A stretch of 64,000 bases of DNA from an uncultured Bacteroidales bacterium (GCA_903877385.1 CAIRDP010000023.1:3723-67722); one strand, 5' to 3'; shown: positions 17,291 through 25,751, numbered from the stretch's first letter. The notes: generated from the sequence alone by a model not told the origin. A program made the numbers and translations.

Positions 17291-18600
17291 CACTAGCGTT
17301 GCGTTATAGTTACAACAATATCAATTGATTACAATTTTGTTCTTTGACATCTTGATTATCTTCATTTTGAAAGAGCTTTTTTATCGAAGTTCTATCTAAT
17401 GCTGAAAGGCTTACCAATTGCAGGATTTCATACAGCGATTGCTTTAGTTTAAGTTGTTTTTTTGCAATGACAACGATAACATAAGTCGATATTGCGATCC
17501 AAACCTGCGTTCTTACTGCGTTTTCACTTTGTCCCCAGAATGATTGAATCTTTAGGTGTTGTTTTATCCATTTGAAAAATAGTTCAATACCCCAGCGTTT
17601 CTTGTATAATGCTGCAATTGTGAGGGGCGCCAATTTGAAATTATTTGTAAGAAAAACAAGTGTGTTCCCAGTTTCCTCATCAAAATATCGAATCCTTCTT
17701 AATGGTTCGGGATACTTTGTTGATGTAATAGGGTCAGTGAGGACAATGGTTTGATCACAAATAACTCCTTTTGTTTTATCTGTTATTCTTCTTTCAAGCA
17801 CTCTGTATTTCATATTCTTTTTTGCTCTGACTACAAAGTTGGTTCTTCCTTTTGCAAATCGCCTCAATCTTACGAAATCGATGTATCCCTTATCCATTAC
17901 CAGGTAACTCCCTGCAGGTAGAGAAAAATAGTCCATTGTATTAACCTCGTGAACGGATCCATCGGTGATAAAGATATACTCAGGTATTGCAGTTTTTAGA
18001 TCAATAAGTGTATGGAGTTTAATTGCTGCCTTGGTAGAGCGGAATTTTGCCCACCAAAAAACATCCAAGCACAGATCAATGGTAGTGGCATCCAGAGCAT
18101 AAACTTTGCCTTTCAGTTTTAAATCTATCAGATTGTCGTCCTCACATAACACTCGTGCCTGATCAATGAGTTTAAGTGCAAAATCACGAAATATTCGCCA
18201 ATCTCTATTCTCATTGGCTCTTGCAATTGTAGATTTATCAAACGCTCTGCCAATTCCCAAATGATAAAGTTTATCCTTCTGGAGTTTTAAACAAAGGGCT
18301 GTGTCAGAAAGGCTTTCCCTGTGAGTAAGTTGGCCAAATGCCATACAGAGAAACTGCTTCCAGCAAGTTAGTCCCTTGTTATTGTAATCGCCATTGTATC
18401 GTTTAACACCATATTTGAAAACATCCCATGGCACAAATTCCATTAACTGAGCGAATACCATCTTTCCCTTGTTCATCCTGGGTTTTTTGAACAAAGAACG
18501 GTAAAACAAAATTCAAATCTCGGATCGCAAAAAAACTCAGCAAACAAAGATATATCAAGCCTTTCAAAGAACTTTTAACAATTTATACGCAACGCTAGTG
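17291..18600 (-). mobile_element. IS4-family insertion sequence (1310 bp) with terminal inverted repeats
   Basis: Left end CACTAGCGTTGCGTTATA (17291-) and right end TATACGCAACGCTAGTG (-18600) form a 14-bp perfect IR, extending imperfectly. They enclose a single transposase ORF. Confidence 0.8.
17310..18509 (-). CDS. IS4-family DDE transposase (DUF4372-type N-terminus)
   Basis: MVFAQLMEFVPWDVFKYGVKRYNGDYNNKGLTCWKQFLCMAFGQLTHRESL N-terminus and a DDE_Tnp_1-like body (ALDATTIDL...VMDKGYIDF...YKKRWGIELFFKWIKQ). Confidence 0.85.
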   Translation of the reverse strand: MFYRSLFKKPRMNKGKMVFAQLMEFVPWDVFKYGVKRYNGDYNNKGLTCWKQFLCMAFGQLTHRESLSDTALCLKLQKDKLYHLGIGRAFDKSTIARANENRDWRIFRDFALKLIDQARVLCEDDNLIDLKLKGKVYALDATTIDLCLDVFWWAKFRSTKAAIKLHTLIDLKTAIPEYIFITDGSVHEVNTMDYFSLPAGSYLVMDKGYIDFVRLRRFAKGRTNFVVRAKKNMKYRVLERRITDKTKGVICDQTIVLTDPITSTKYPEPLRRIRYFDEETGNTLVFLTNNFKLAPLTIAALYKKRWGIELFFKWIKQHLKIQSFWGQSENAVRTQVWIAISTYVIVVIAKKQLKLKQSLYEILQLVSLSALDRTSIKKLFQNEDNQDVKEQNCNQLILL

Positions 18601-18798
18601 AAATCACATATGAAAAAGAAACTACCTATGCTGTGCATCCTCTTTAAGATGGTGTTGAAGCATCCGCCAATGCCCCACTTTACCTTGTTTCACTATATCT
18701 TTATCGTCGAGGTATGCGGTTTCTCGCGCAAGCTTATCGCTCTGCAATTTTTTATAAACCATTGGGGTTTGGAGCGACCAACAAAAATCGAATCTTCA

Positions 18799-19290
18799 TC
18801 ATCCTTTGTAGAAATAATACATCTGAGTCCAGTAGGCAGTTTCCAGAATCTCGAACACCGAATCAGACTCATCACTGACTGGCATAACAGGGAACTTGAT
18901 TTTCGGGTACGCTAATCTCAGCAACCCTAGTTCCTTGTTCCACCTTTCCAACTGCTCTTGGCTGCTCATCGGTTCGCCTGTCAGTAAATGGAGCTTCTTT
19001 AGTTCACGTGTATCGTTCTTTCCGTTATCACAGGGCGCCAGGTACTCCATAAAAAGCGACAACCCATTAAAACGTTCATCTGGATTGTCATCTTTGCCGA
19101 ACATTCTGCTCTGTTTCTCGTCCAGAAGGCGATTAAATGCCATTCTTCTTATTTCCAACGGATCGTGGTGCTCATAGCGGAACGAGCGCAAATAGCGACT
19201 GATTTGCTTATTGCTGTCGGATAGGCGTTGGCAGTCGTTGATGGCGGTGTAGGCGATGATTCTGATGGTTGGAACGGGATTGGTGGACAT
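18799..19290 (-). CDS. Hypothetical protein (163 aa)
   Basis: ORF only; downstream frames are broken before the IS. Confidence 0.45.
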   Translation of the reverse strand: MSTNPVPTIRIIAYTAINDCQRLSDSNKQISRYLRSFRYEHHDPLEIRRMAFNRLLDEKQSRMFGKDDNPDERFNGLSLFMEYLAPCDNGKNDTRELKKLHLLTGEPMSSQEQLERWNKELGLLRLAYPKIKFPVMPVSDESDSVFEILETAYWTQMYYFYKG

Positions 19291-19652
19291 ATTCTATGCA
19301 TTTGGGATGGACTTATTTCTTATAAATAGTACTCCAAAATGGTTTGTTTCGACTGGTGGAAGGGGTAAAGACTGGATACTTCAAAAGAAGTTGGATGCAG
19401 AAGAAGAACACATAGGTAAGGATCTTCGTTTTAGGGGCTTGTAGATCATTCTGGCGAATGATAATTTGTTGTACAAACGTTGAATCCGTTTAGGTTTGAG
19501 TGCAATCTGGGAGCTCAAATCACGATAAAGCAATTCACACTATCAAACTCATTGGAATACTGGTTCAGGGAGAGTTCCATATACTGGTGCTTTTGTTCAA
19601 CTATTTTTCTTCACTTTTCGGTTTTCAATAGTTTAACAAGTTGTACATATGA

Positions 19653-20330
19653 TTAAATTACAACATTCTCAATTTCCCTGTCCAATTCGGCTTCGATTTC
19701 TTTTTTTTGAATTATGGCTCTGTCTAAAGCATTTTTAGCATCCAAGATTATCTGAATAAAATTATTAATTTCTTGCTCTGAACTTTTATTTATTTCGCTA
19801 TAAGTTGCTTCATAAAAAAATGCGTTTTTCGTTAATTGTATTGCGTAATAATAGGAAACGATGGCATTTGCTTTGGCAATATGCTCATCATACTTATTTG
19901 TTGCCTGCATTTGTTCTAACATTAGAAAAGAGAATGATTTAAAAACAGGTTTTAATAATATCCATTTTTCACGAATCGAATGAGTGGGATTTTGTAAAAG
20001 TGATATTGCTTTGTCTAAAAATATCAAATGACTTTGTAATTCAGCACCAGTATTTAAAATGAATTTTGCCGTTTGCCTAATTCTGTAAGTTCTTTCTTCC
20101 CTTTGCCGACCTTCAAATTCTTTTCTTCGCTTTAGCCTATCATATTTTAAAGGAATATATACACCAAATAATGCGCCAAGAAATGTAGTCAAGAAGCTAC
20201 CTGCCAGGGTACTAAAATAGTTATGCACACTATGGTTATACCAAATGAATATTACCGAAGCAATAAAAATAGTTAAACACACTAAAACAATTTCAATATT
20301 TAGTCTACGGTTAATGTTCTTGATTTTCAT
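19653..20330 (-). CDS. Two-TM membrane protein with helical cytoplasmic domain (225 aa)
   Basis: TM1 IEIVLVCLTIFIASVIFIW, TM2 LAGSFLTTFLGALFGVYI, then a helical K/E-rich domain. Noticeably more AT-rich than its neighbours. Confidence 0.6.
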   Translation of the reverse strand: MKIKNINRRLNIEIVLVCLTIFIASVIFIWYNHSVHNYFSTLAGSFLTTFLGALFGVYIPLKYDRLKRRKEFEGRQREERTYRIRQTAKFILNTGAELQSHLIFLDKAISLLQNPTHSIREKWILLKPVFKSFSFLMLEQMQATNKYDEHIAKANAIVSYYYAIQLTKNAFFYEATYSEINKSSEQEINNFIQIILDAKNALDRAIIQKKEIEAELDREIENVVI

Positions 20331-20474
20331 AAGTTTCCGTTTTTGTATTCAACTAATACATTGCATAGGTATCTAAATCGTCAAAGGCAAACTGGATTTT
20401 TACAAATGTCAGAAAAATTTATATAATCGTAAAAATATGAATAAATCATAGTTTCAAATATTATGATTCCATCT

Positions 20475-21011
20475 TCACCTCCCTTCCCTTTCTTCAAGCA
20501 CAACCAGATTCGTCAGATCCCCTTCTTTTTGTGGAATGACAATCAGTTCAGACTCTCCCGCGAAACAGGCAATTATGCACTCCTTTCGGGCAGTTGCCTG
20601 AACCACAACCTTGGGAAGATGATGTGTGTCCTGGTTGCGGATGTAAATGAAAGCAAAGAACCACGCCTGTACCCTGTCAAGAGTCCAACTGATGCCGAAT
20701 TCACCACTCTCGTATTCCTGGCGGGTCATCCCTCGATAAACCGTGACCTTATCGGGAAGGTTCTTTAAAAAGTTCCGTTGAACTGGATCCATCAGTAGTT
20801 CCCTGTGCTTCCGCGGCGACAGGAATGCACGTTTTTTTCGTTCACGGAAAACATATCCGTTATCGCTTCCTGTGTGCGCCATTGCGAGGGATTCCCAGTA
20901 TTCGGCATCGTTCATAAAGGGCGACAGCTCTTCAAATAATGCGAACCGCGTGTAACTGTCTGCAAGAATAAGGGCATCCGAAAATGCTTCTCTAATTTTT
21001 GGTTTTTTCAT
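20475..21011 (-). CDS. Hypothetical protein with candidate R-S-ExE ADP-ribosyltransferase-like motifs (178 aa)
   Basis: VTVYRG (R93), GISWTLD (S108), FAGESELIVIP (E153-x-E155) in the order expected for the R-S-E ART clade. The R-to-S spacing is unusually short. Confidence 0.4.
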   Translation of the reverse strand: MKKPKIREAFSDALILADSYTRFALFEELSPFMNDAEYWESLAMAHTGSDNGYVFRERKKRAFLSPRKHRELLMDPVQRNFLKNLPDKVTVYRGMTRQEYESGEFGISWTLDRVQAWFFAFIYIRNQDTHHLPKVVVQATARKECIIACFAGESELIVIPQKEGDLTNLVVLEEREGR

Positions 21012-21029
21012 ATGATTGATTTTAATTGG

Positions 21030-23186
21030 TTACGAAGCCTTGGCATAGATCCTTTTCATTTCTCCGTCTTGTCTGACCTCAATGAATGGCAGCCTGAACA
21101 CATCCGCCTGCCTGTTCAGGATTATCTTCTGAGATTCACCATTTGTGATATTGTCGATGTTCAGGGGAACCTGCAAGCCCCATCGTTGGAACTCCCGTGC
21201 AATCCTATCCTTTAGCAGTTCAACATCCCCTGCTTTACACAGGATCCCATCGTGCAAACTCAAAAAGTGAGGTCGCTTCTCCTTGACAATGAGATCACGC
21301 AAAATATGGTCGACAAAAACATTGGCTTCCCTGCCCTGGAGCTCCCTTGCCAGTTCTTTGTAATTGAACCGCTTGACATCTTCAATGACCTTCCATACGT
21401 TGGGAAATGATTTGATAAAAACGTTCTTAATGAAAACCTGGTAAGGGTTTCCTTTTTTTTTCACCTCACCGATGACCATTGGCTTTGGTTTCTTTGTCAT
21501 TTTGGATTGTCCAGGGAGCAACCCGTAGTAAACGTGCCGTGCAAGCTGCGTCTTGATCTTCTTCTTTTGCTCACTGTTCATTTCGCTGCTGTAAGCCCGC
21601 GTGATGGCTTCGTGTAGTTCCTGTACAAAAGCAATGTCAATCAGGTCGGGGTTATCAAGGTTGGGCTTGCGGATTTTGAATAACTTTTGCAGCACCTGTT
21701 GGGTCTTTGGATTTTCCTGGTCGATTTTAAGCAACTTGCGCAGTGAGGGCAGCCAGAAATGAATCGTACGAATAAGTGCCAGGTGGTCTTTGTCGTGAAC
21801 CAAACTTGAAAGGTACTTCCTGCACTGGCTGAACAATGGTTTGAGTGTCTTAAACCTTGATAAGATCATCAGGCGATGTATCTCACTGTACAGCTTGCCA
21901 TCCTGAACCAACTGGATGTACCTGATAACATCCTCGTTTTTCCCCCTTGTTCTAAGTAGTTGCAGGAAGGTTGGAACGGAATCAATCTCGAAATTGTAAT
22001 CTCGCCACTCATTCTGCTGGTAATGCTCCATAAGGGTCGGAACGAACAGTAATGGCTGGGCATTAGCCAGGTCAAGGATGTAAAGATCATCCTTTACCCC
22101 TGCGAAATACAGGAACCGACGCAGCCGTTTGGGCGACAGGGTAAACAGGGTATGCAGCCGTTTGCCGAACTCATCACGCTTTACACAGTCATTTCCCTTG
22201 GTCTTATCAACCCTGTCAACATATGCTTCTTCTCTAATACGTTTTGAAAGAAGGCGCGCTTGAACCTCTGCGGTAAGCTTATTTTGGCTTTGCAGTCTGT
22301 TGCATTCCTGCTGGTAACTGGTCTTGATGAACGCAAGGGCGTCATTTTTCCGAATCCGAAGGGTTTGCAGGGCTCGAAGCGAATATTGCGTTACATCATC
22401 CATTTCTAACTTCTCCCGCTCCCTGGCATCGATCAGCAGGGAATTTATTTCGGAATTGACAACGGGGAACGAGGTAACCTTGCCAAGGGTGCCCGACAAA
22501 AACAACTGCTCATTGATGCGGAATTTGTCCACGTATTTCTTCGGAACGTATTCAACGCGTTCCAGTATGCCGCTTGCCGATGCAATGTACTTTGCAGTCG
22601 TTACCTTTTTCTTCGACCTGAACACCTCGATAAGCTCCGTGTTGCTGATTCCCGTGAAAGGGTCGTATTCGTAGGAACGGGGCTTTTTCTTCCTTGGCTT
22701 TGTAAGTATCAGATGTATCATATAAATTATAATCCAGATTACTTTTGAGTCTGTATAAATCTCTTTGGATGGCGGGGAATGCTTTTGAACCTCTTCCTGG
22801 GATTGCAATGAATGGCGGGGAACTGTTTTAGCAGGAGCGGAAAGAAGGTTCGTTGGGCTGCCGATTGCACTTGAATACCTCTTGATATTTTCCATCAATT
22901 CAAGTTTCCGTTGGTATTCGAGTAAAGAAATAGGATTAGATTCCGTTCTTTGAACTGGTTTTACCGTTGGGAAATTAAAAGAATGGTTACTTGTATCTTT
23001 AGAAAGGGAAATAACAGGCAGCTGTTCCTTTTCTTCCCTTATCCCAATTGTTGAAATAGTTAGAGATTCCAAGTGTTCCAGGAGCTTTTCTCGAATTTGT
23101 CCGAATTCGAGGTTCTCATACCCATATAAATGACTTATGTCATTTCTCTTTTTACTCTTTTCTAAATATCTTTTCTTCTTATCCAT
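21030..23186 (-). CDS. Highly divergent family-A (Pol I-like) polymerase-domain protein without recognisable exonuclease domain (718 aa)
   Basis: GKRLHTLF, KRLRRFL, LDLANAQPLL (motif A), KIKTQLARHVYYG (motif B), FIKSFPNVWKVIEDV, GREANVF, SLHDGIL (motif C) and LQVPLNID occur in the same order as the Taq/Klenow signatures. Confidence 0.65.
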   Translation of the reverse strand: MDKKKRYLEKSKKRNDISHLYGYENLEFGQIREKLLEHLESLTISTIGIREEKEQLPVISLSKDTSNHSFNFPTVKPVQRTESNPISLLEYQRKLELMENIKRYSSAIGSPTNLLSAPAKTVPRHSLQSQEEVQKHSPPSKEIYTDSKVIWIIIYMIHLILTKPRKKKPRSYEYDPFTGISNTELIEVFRSKKKVTTAKYIASASGILERVEYVPKKYVDKFRINEQLFLSGTLGKVTSFPVVNSEINSLLIDAREREKLEMDDVTQYSLRALQTLRIRKNDALAFIKTSYQQECNRLQSQNKLTAEVQARLLSKRIREEAYVDRVDKTKGNDCVKRDEFGKRLHTLFTLSPKRLRRFLYFAGVKDDLYILDLANAQPLLFVPTLMEHYQQNEWRDYNFEIDSVPTFLQLLRTRGKNEDVIRYIQLVQDGKLYSEIHRLMILSRFKTLKPLFSQCRKYLSSLVHDKDHLALIRTIHFWLPSLRKLLKIDQENPKTQQVLQKLFKIRKPNLDNPDLIDIAFVQELHEAITRAYSSEMNSEQKKKIKTQLARHVYYGLLPGQSKMTKKPKPMVIGEVKKKGNPYQVFIKNVFIKSFPNVWKVIEDVKRFNYKELARELQGREANVFVDHILRDLIVKEKRPHFLSLHDGILCKAGDVELLKDRIAREFQRWGLQVPLNIDNITNGESQKIILNRQADVFRLPFIEVRQDGEMKRIYAKAS

Positions 23187-23438
23187 ATGATTACCAATTC
23201 CTTTTCAGATTATTCATACATATTCATATTTTATTCTTTTCTCCAACTATTATAAATATTCAATTGATTATCTTAATTCAATATTGACCACAATTATTAC
23301 CATCTATCTCTAATCGGAACATTTCAAGACCATATCCATTGATATCCAACCAAATAACCGTTTTTAAGATATTCCACCCCAGGGGTCTTTGCGGCTCCAT
23401 TTCCCTGGATTTCATTGTGTGTCATTAAGGTTTCCATA

Positions 23439-23618
23439 TTATTTCAATTTAGATTTAATTCGAGGTTTCGCAGTCACTTTATACCCATCTTCCAGGGGGT
23501 TCCCGCCATCCCTGGCGGGATTACCCTGGCTGATGACGGCAGCCGTGGTGTTGCCGATTTCTTGCGGTTCCAGCCGCACTGTCCTGAGTTGCCGCATAGT
23601 TCTTGCATTTTCAGTCAT
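23439..23618 (-). CDS. Possible 59-aa ORF (alternatively non-coding structured RNA)
   Basis: ATG 18 nt after the DUF5131 stop; MTENARTMRQLRTVRLEPQEIGNTT.... The segment is also unusually hairpin-rich. Confidence 0.25.
   Translation of the reverse strand: MTENARTMRQLRTVRLEPQEIGNTTAAVISQGNPARDGGNPLEDGYKVTAKPRIKSKLK
23492..23529 (-). other. Extended GC-rich hairpin
   Basis: CCAGGG-ggtt-CCCGCCA-tccc-TGGCGGG-atta-CCCTGG: 6-bp and 7-bp stems separated by a symmetric internal loop. No T-run follows on either strand. Confidence 0.6.
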
Positions 23619-23632
23619 CGGGTTCCGATTTT

Positions 23633-24391
23633 CTACGACACAACATAATGAGTGTAACTCTGAGTCCAGGTCGGGATGCTTGGTTTGGGTAATTCTTTGT
23701 ATTCCCAGCCAGCGAGCTCGCAGCCCAGTTGCCTTGGATGAAACCCAGACCATTGCTTGAAGAAGAATGCAACACCCTTTCGCTTGCAGATATCCCGCAG
23801 TTCCAGTGCCCATTCCTTCTTCATTTCACGGAAGCCACTACCTGACTCACCACCACAAATGCACCAGTCTACGCCTGTGAGGTCTATGTCGCTTACTGGG
23901 CTTAACATCGGCTCCACCGAAATGAATCGTATTGCAGCAGGGATTCTTCTCAAATGGGCTATCCTGTGGTAATACTGGTTGCTTTCCACAGTACAGCCCA
24001 TCCAAATGTTCTGTGTCCAGTTAAGTTCCGATGAAAGCTCTTCCGCCCGTTCTATGCGCTTGGTCAGCACCTGAAACGTGAGGTGTGGGTTATCATTCAT
24101 AACCTTCCACACACGTTTGATGTAGGACAATGGAATTTGCCTGTGGAACAAGTCGCCCATACTGGGAACGAAAACCTTCTGCGGCTTTTTCCAGTGATAG
24201 GGTTTATCCAGTTCACCAGGATGCATCTGCACCCTGAATCCCTTCTCATACTTGGGATTTCCCATTACCAGTAGATGATTCGCTTCCCGTGCTGCGTAAC
24301 AGTGGTCACATCCTGGGGAGATCCTTTCTCCTGCACAGCCGCTTACGGGGTTCCAGGTGCGGTCTGTCCAGCTTATCTTTGAATTGCTCAT
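23633..24391 (-). CDS. DUF5131 / phage Gp37-Gp68 family protein (three-Cys motif)
   Basis: ISWTDRTWNPVSGCAGERISPGCDHCYA N-terminus, FVPSMGDLF, FQVLTKR, WMGCTVE, FISVEPML, WCICGGESG are all typical of PF07505. Confidence 0.8.
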   Translation of the reverse strand: MSNSKISWTDRTWNPVSGCAGERISPGCDHCYAAREANHLLVMGNPKYEKGFRVQMHPGELDKPYHWKKPQKVFVPSMGDLFHRQIPLSYIKRVWKVMNDNPHLTFQVLTKRIERAEELSSELNWTQNIWMGCTVESNQYYHRIAHLRRIPAAIRFISVEPMLSPVSDIDLTGVDWCICGGESGSGFREMKKEWALELRDICKRKGVAFFFKQWSGFHPRQLGCELAGWEYKELPKPSIPTWTQSYTHYVVS

Positions 24392-24480
24392 AAGTTTATG
24401 GTTTTTAGATTAATAAATCAGGATGGATGCCCACCCCTGTCATTGATTGAATCAGGGATGGGCAGCATCCAGTTTACTGG

Positions 24481-25119
24481 TTATACAATTGCTTGTTCAG
24501 GTTGTTCTATTGATTCAGGTTCACCGAACTCTACGAACCCATTACGGGATTCGATGTACCGATAAAAGGCTGACCCATCACTGCCCACTGAGAACCTTTT
24601 TGGTTCATACCCCAGTGATGCAAGATGAAAATATTCTTCATCAAGACATTCCAGTGTGTGTTCTGAGGGTTCACCTGCTCTATCGTAGATCAGTAATTCA
24701 ACCTTATGAATATGGTCAACCATAAAGACCTCAATTCTATAGCCGTTATAGTTACGGTACCCCTTGTTCTTTGCCACTCCTGGGGAATCAAAAACAAGAC
24801 CGCCCAACTTATGCTCATTTTCGAGCAACGAAGCAAGACCTGCTGCATAGATTATGGAATCCCTGCGCGATTCAAATGGATCGGGGCGGTTGAAAAGGCA
24901 AGATTCTCTGTAGCCGCTCCGACTGGTAGGGTTTTCACCATCACCAACCTGCCACTCGAACAAGCCCACCAGATAGCTTATTGGGCATTCTGGTTGGAGT
25001 TCAACATTTTTATTATCTGCTGCATACTCAACACCTTTATCGGTGGAATTAGCAACAGTTTCAATCGGTGCGTGTGCTGCACTTAGTGCAGCATCACGAC
25101 TTTTGGTAACAGTTCTCAT
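24481..25119 (-). CDS. Hypothetical protein (212 aa)
   Basis: ORF only; co-directional between the frameshifted gene and DUF5131. Confidence 0.5.
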   Translation of the reverse strand: MRTVTKSRDAALSAAHAPIETVANSTDKGVEYAADNKNVELQPECPISYLVGLFEWQVGDGENPTSRSGYRESCLFNRPDPFESRRDSIIYAAGLASLLENEHKLGGLVFDSPGVAKNKGYRNYNGYRIEVFMVDHIHKVELLIYDRAGEPSEHTLECLDEEYFHLASLGYEPKRFSVGSDGSAFYRYIESRNGFVEFGEPESIEQPEQAIV

Positions 25120-25123
25120 TGTG

Positions 25124-25751
25124 CTAATTGTTTAAATTTATAATTGAGTTATTTGTAATTTCTTTTTTGTCATAGAACCAATCGAGGTCAAGCTGCACCC
25201 ATTTTTGCATTGCCAAGCCCCCCCGATTAAATTTGCCACCTATACCAATGATTCCGCAGTGATGTGCACCAATTCCATTGCACTCTTTGAGCGGCAGGGT
25301 TGAGTATACTCTGTTCCCAAGACTTGCTGATTTATCCGTCAGCAGGTCAATCCATCCACTCTTTAAATGTTTGATAGTCTTTATCCCCAACAATGTCGTT
25401 AAATTGTTTTGTATCAATGAATGTGTATATTTCAGTGTGTATCGAACCAGCTAATTCGGAAACGCTGCCAAGTTGTTTTGCTGCTAAGCTGAATAATCCA
25501 TTCATCACTAATCCGAGAAGGGGTAACTTTCGATTATCAAATTCAAACGAGGTTCCATTCAGAGAGCGCAACGTTATATTCCCATTATTTTTACTTTCAT
25601 AAACAAAAGGTGTCACATCAAAAACAGAAAGCCAAATGGCAACTGCATATCTACCTTTTATGGGGTGGTCACCGTAGAAACTGATGATTAATTTTTCATC
25701 GATATACTTTAGAATATCGCTTATTGTTTTAAACTTTTTATCTTTATTCAT
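25124..25751 (-). pseudogene. Probable frameshifted gene (134-aa and 97-aa ORFs overlapping by 71 nt)
   Basis: ORF 25347..25751 ends ...YQTFKEWMD-stop, while ORF 25124..25417 reads ...IKHLKSGWIDLLTDKS across the same bases in another frame. One indel would fuse them to ~210 aa. Confidence 0.4.

Noticed and set aside
17279-18612. Looked for a target-site duplication flanking the IS.
   Set aside because: The flanks (CAGTTTCACGTT vs AAATCACATATG) share only TCAC, so no TSD is called.
21030-23186. Considered whether the 718-aa protein is a reverse transcriptase (retron/DRT-like), given the structured region upstream.
   Set aside because: No YxDD box or RT motif order is present. The motif set matches family-A polymerases instead.
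23389-23813. Overlapping 123-aa and 77-aa plus-strand ORFs and a 124-aa minus-strand ORF.
   Set aside because: They are mutually overlapping in a GC-rich, hairpin-dense spacer and run into the DUF5131 coding region. Only the 59-aa sub-ORF was kept, as a weak possibility.
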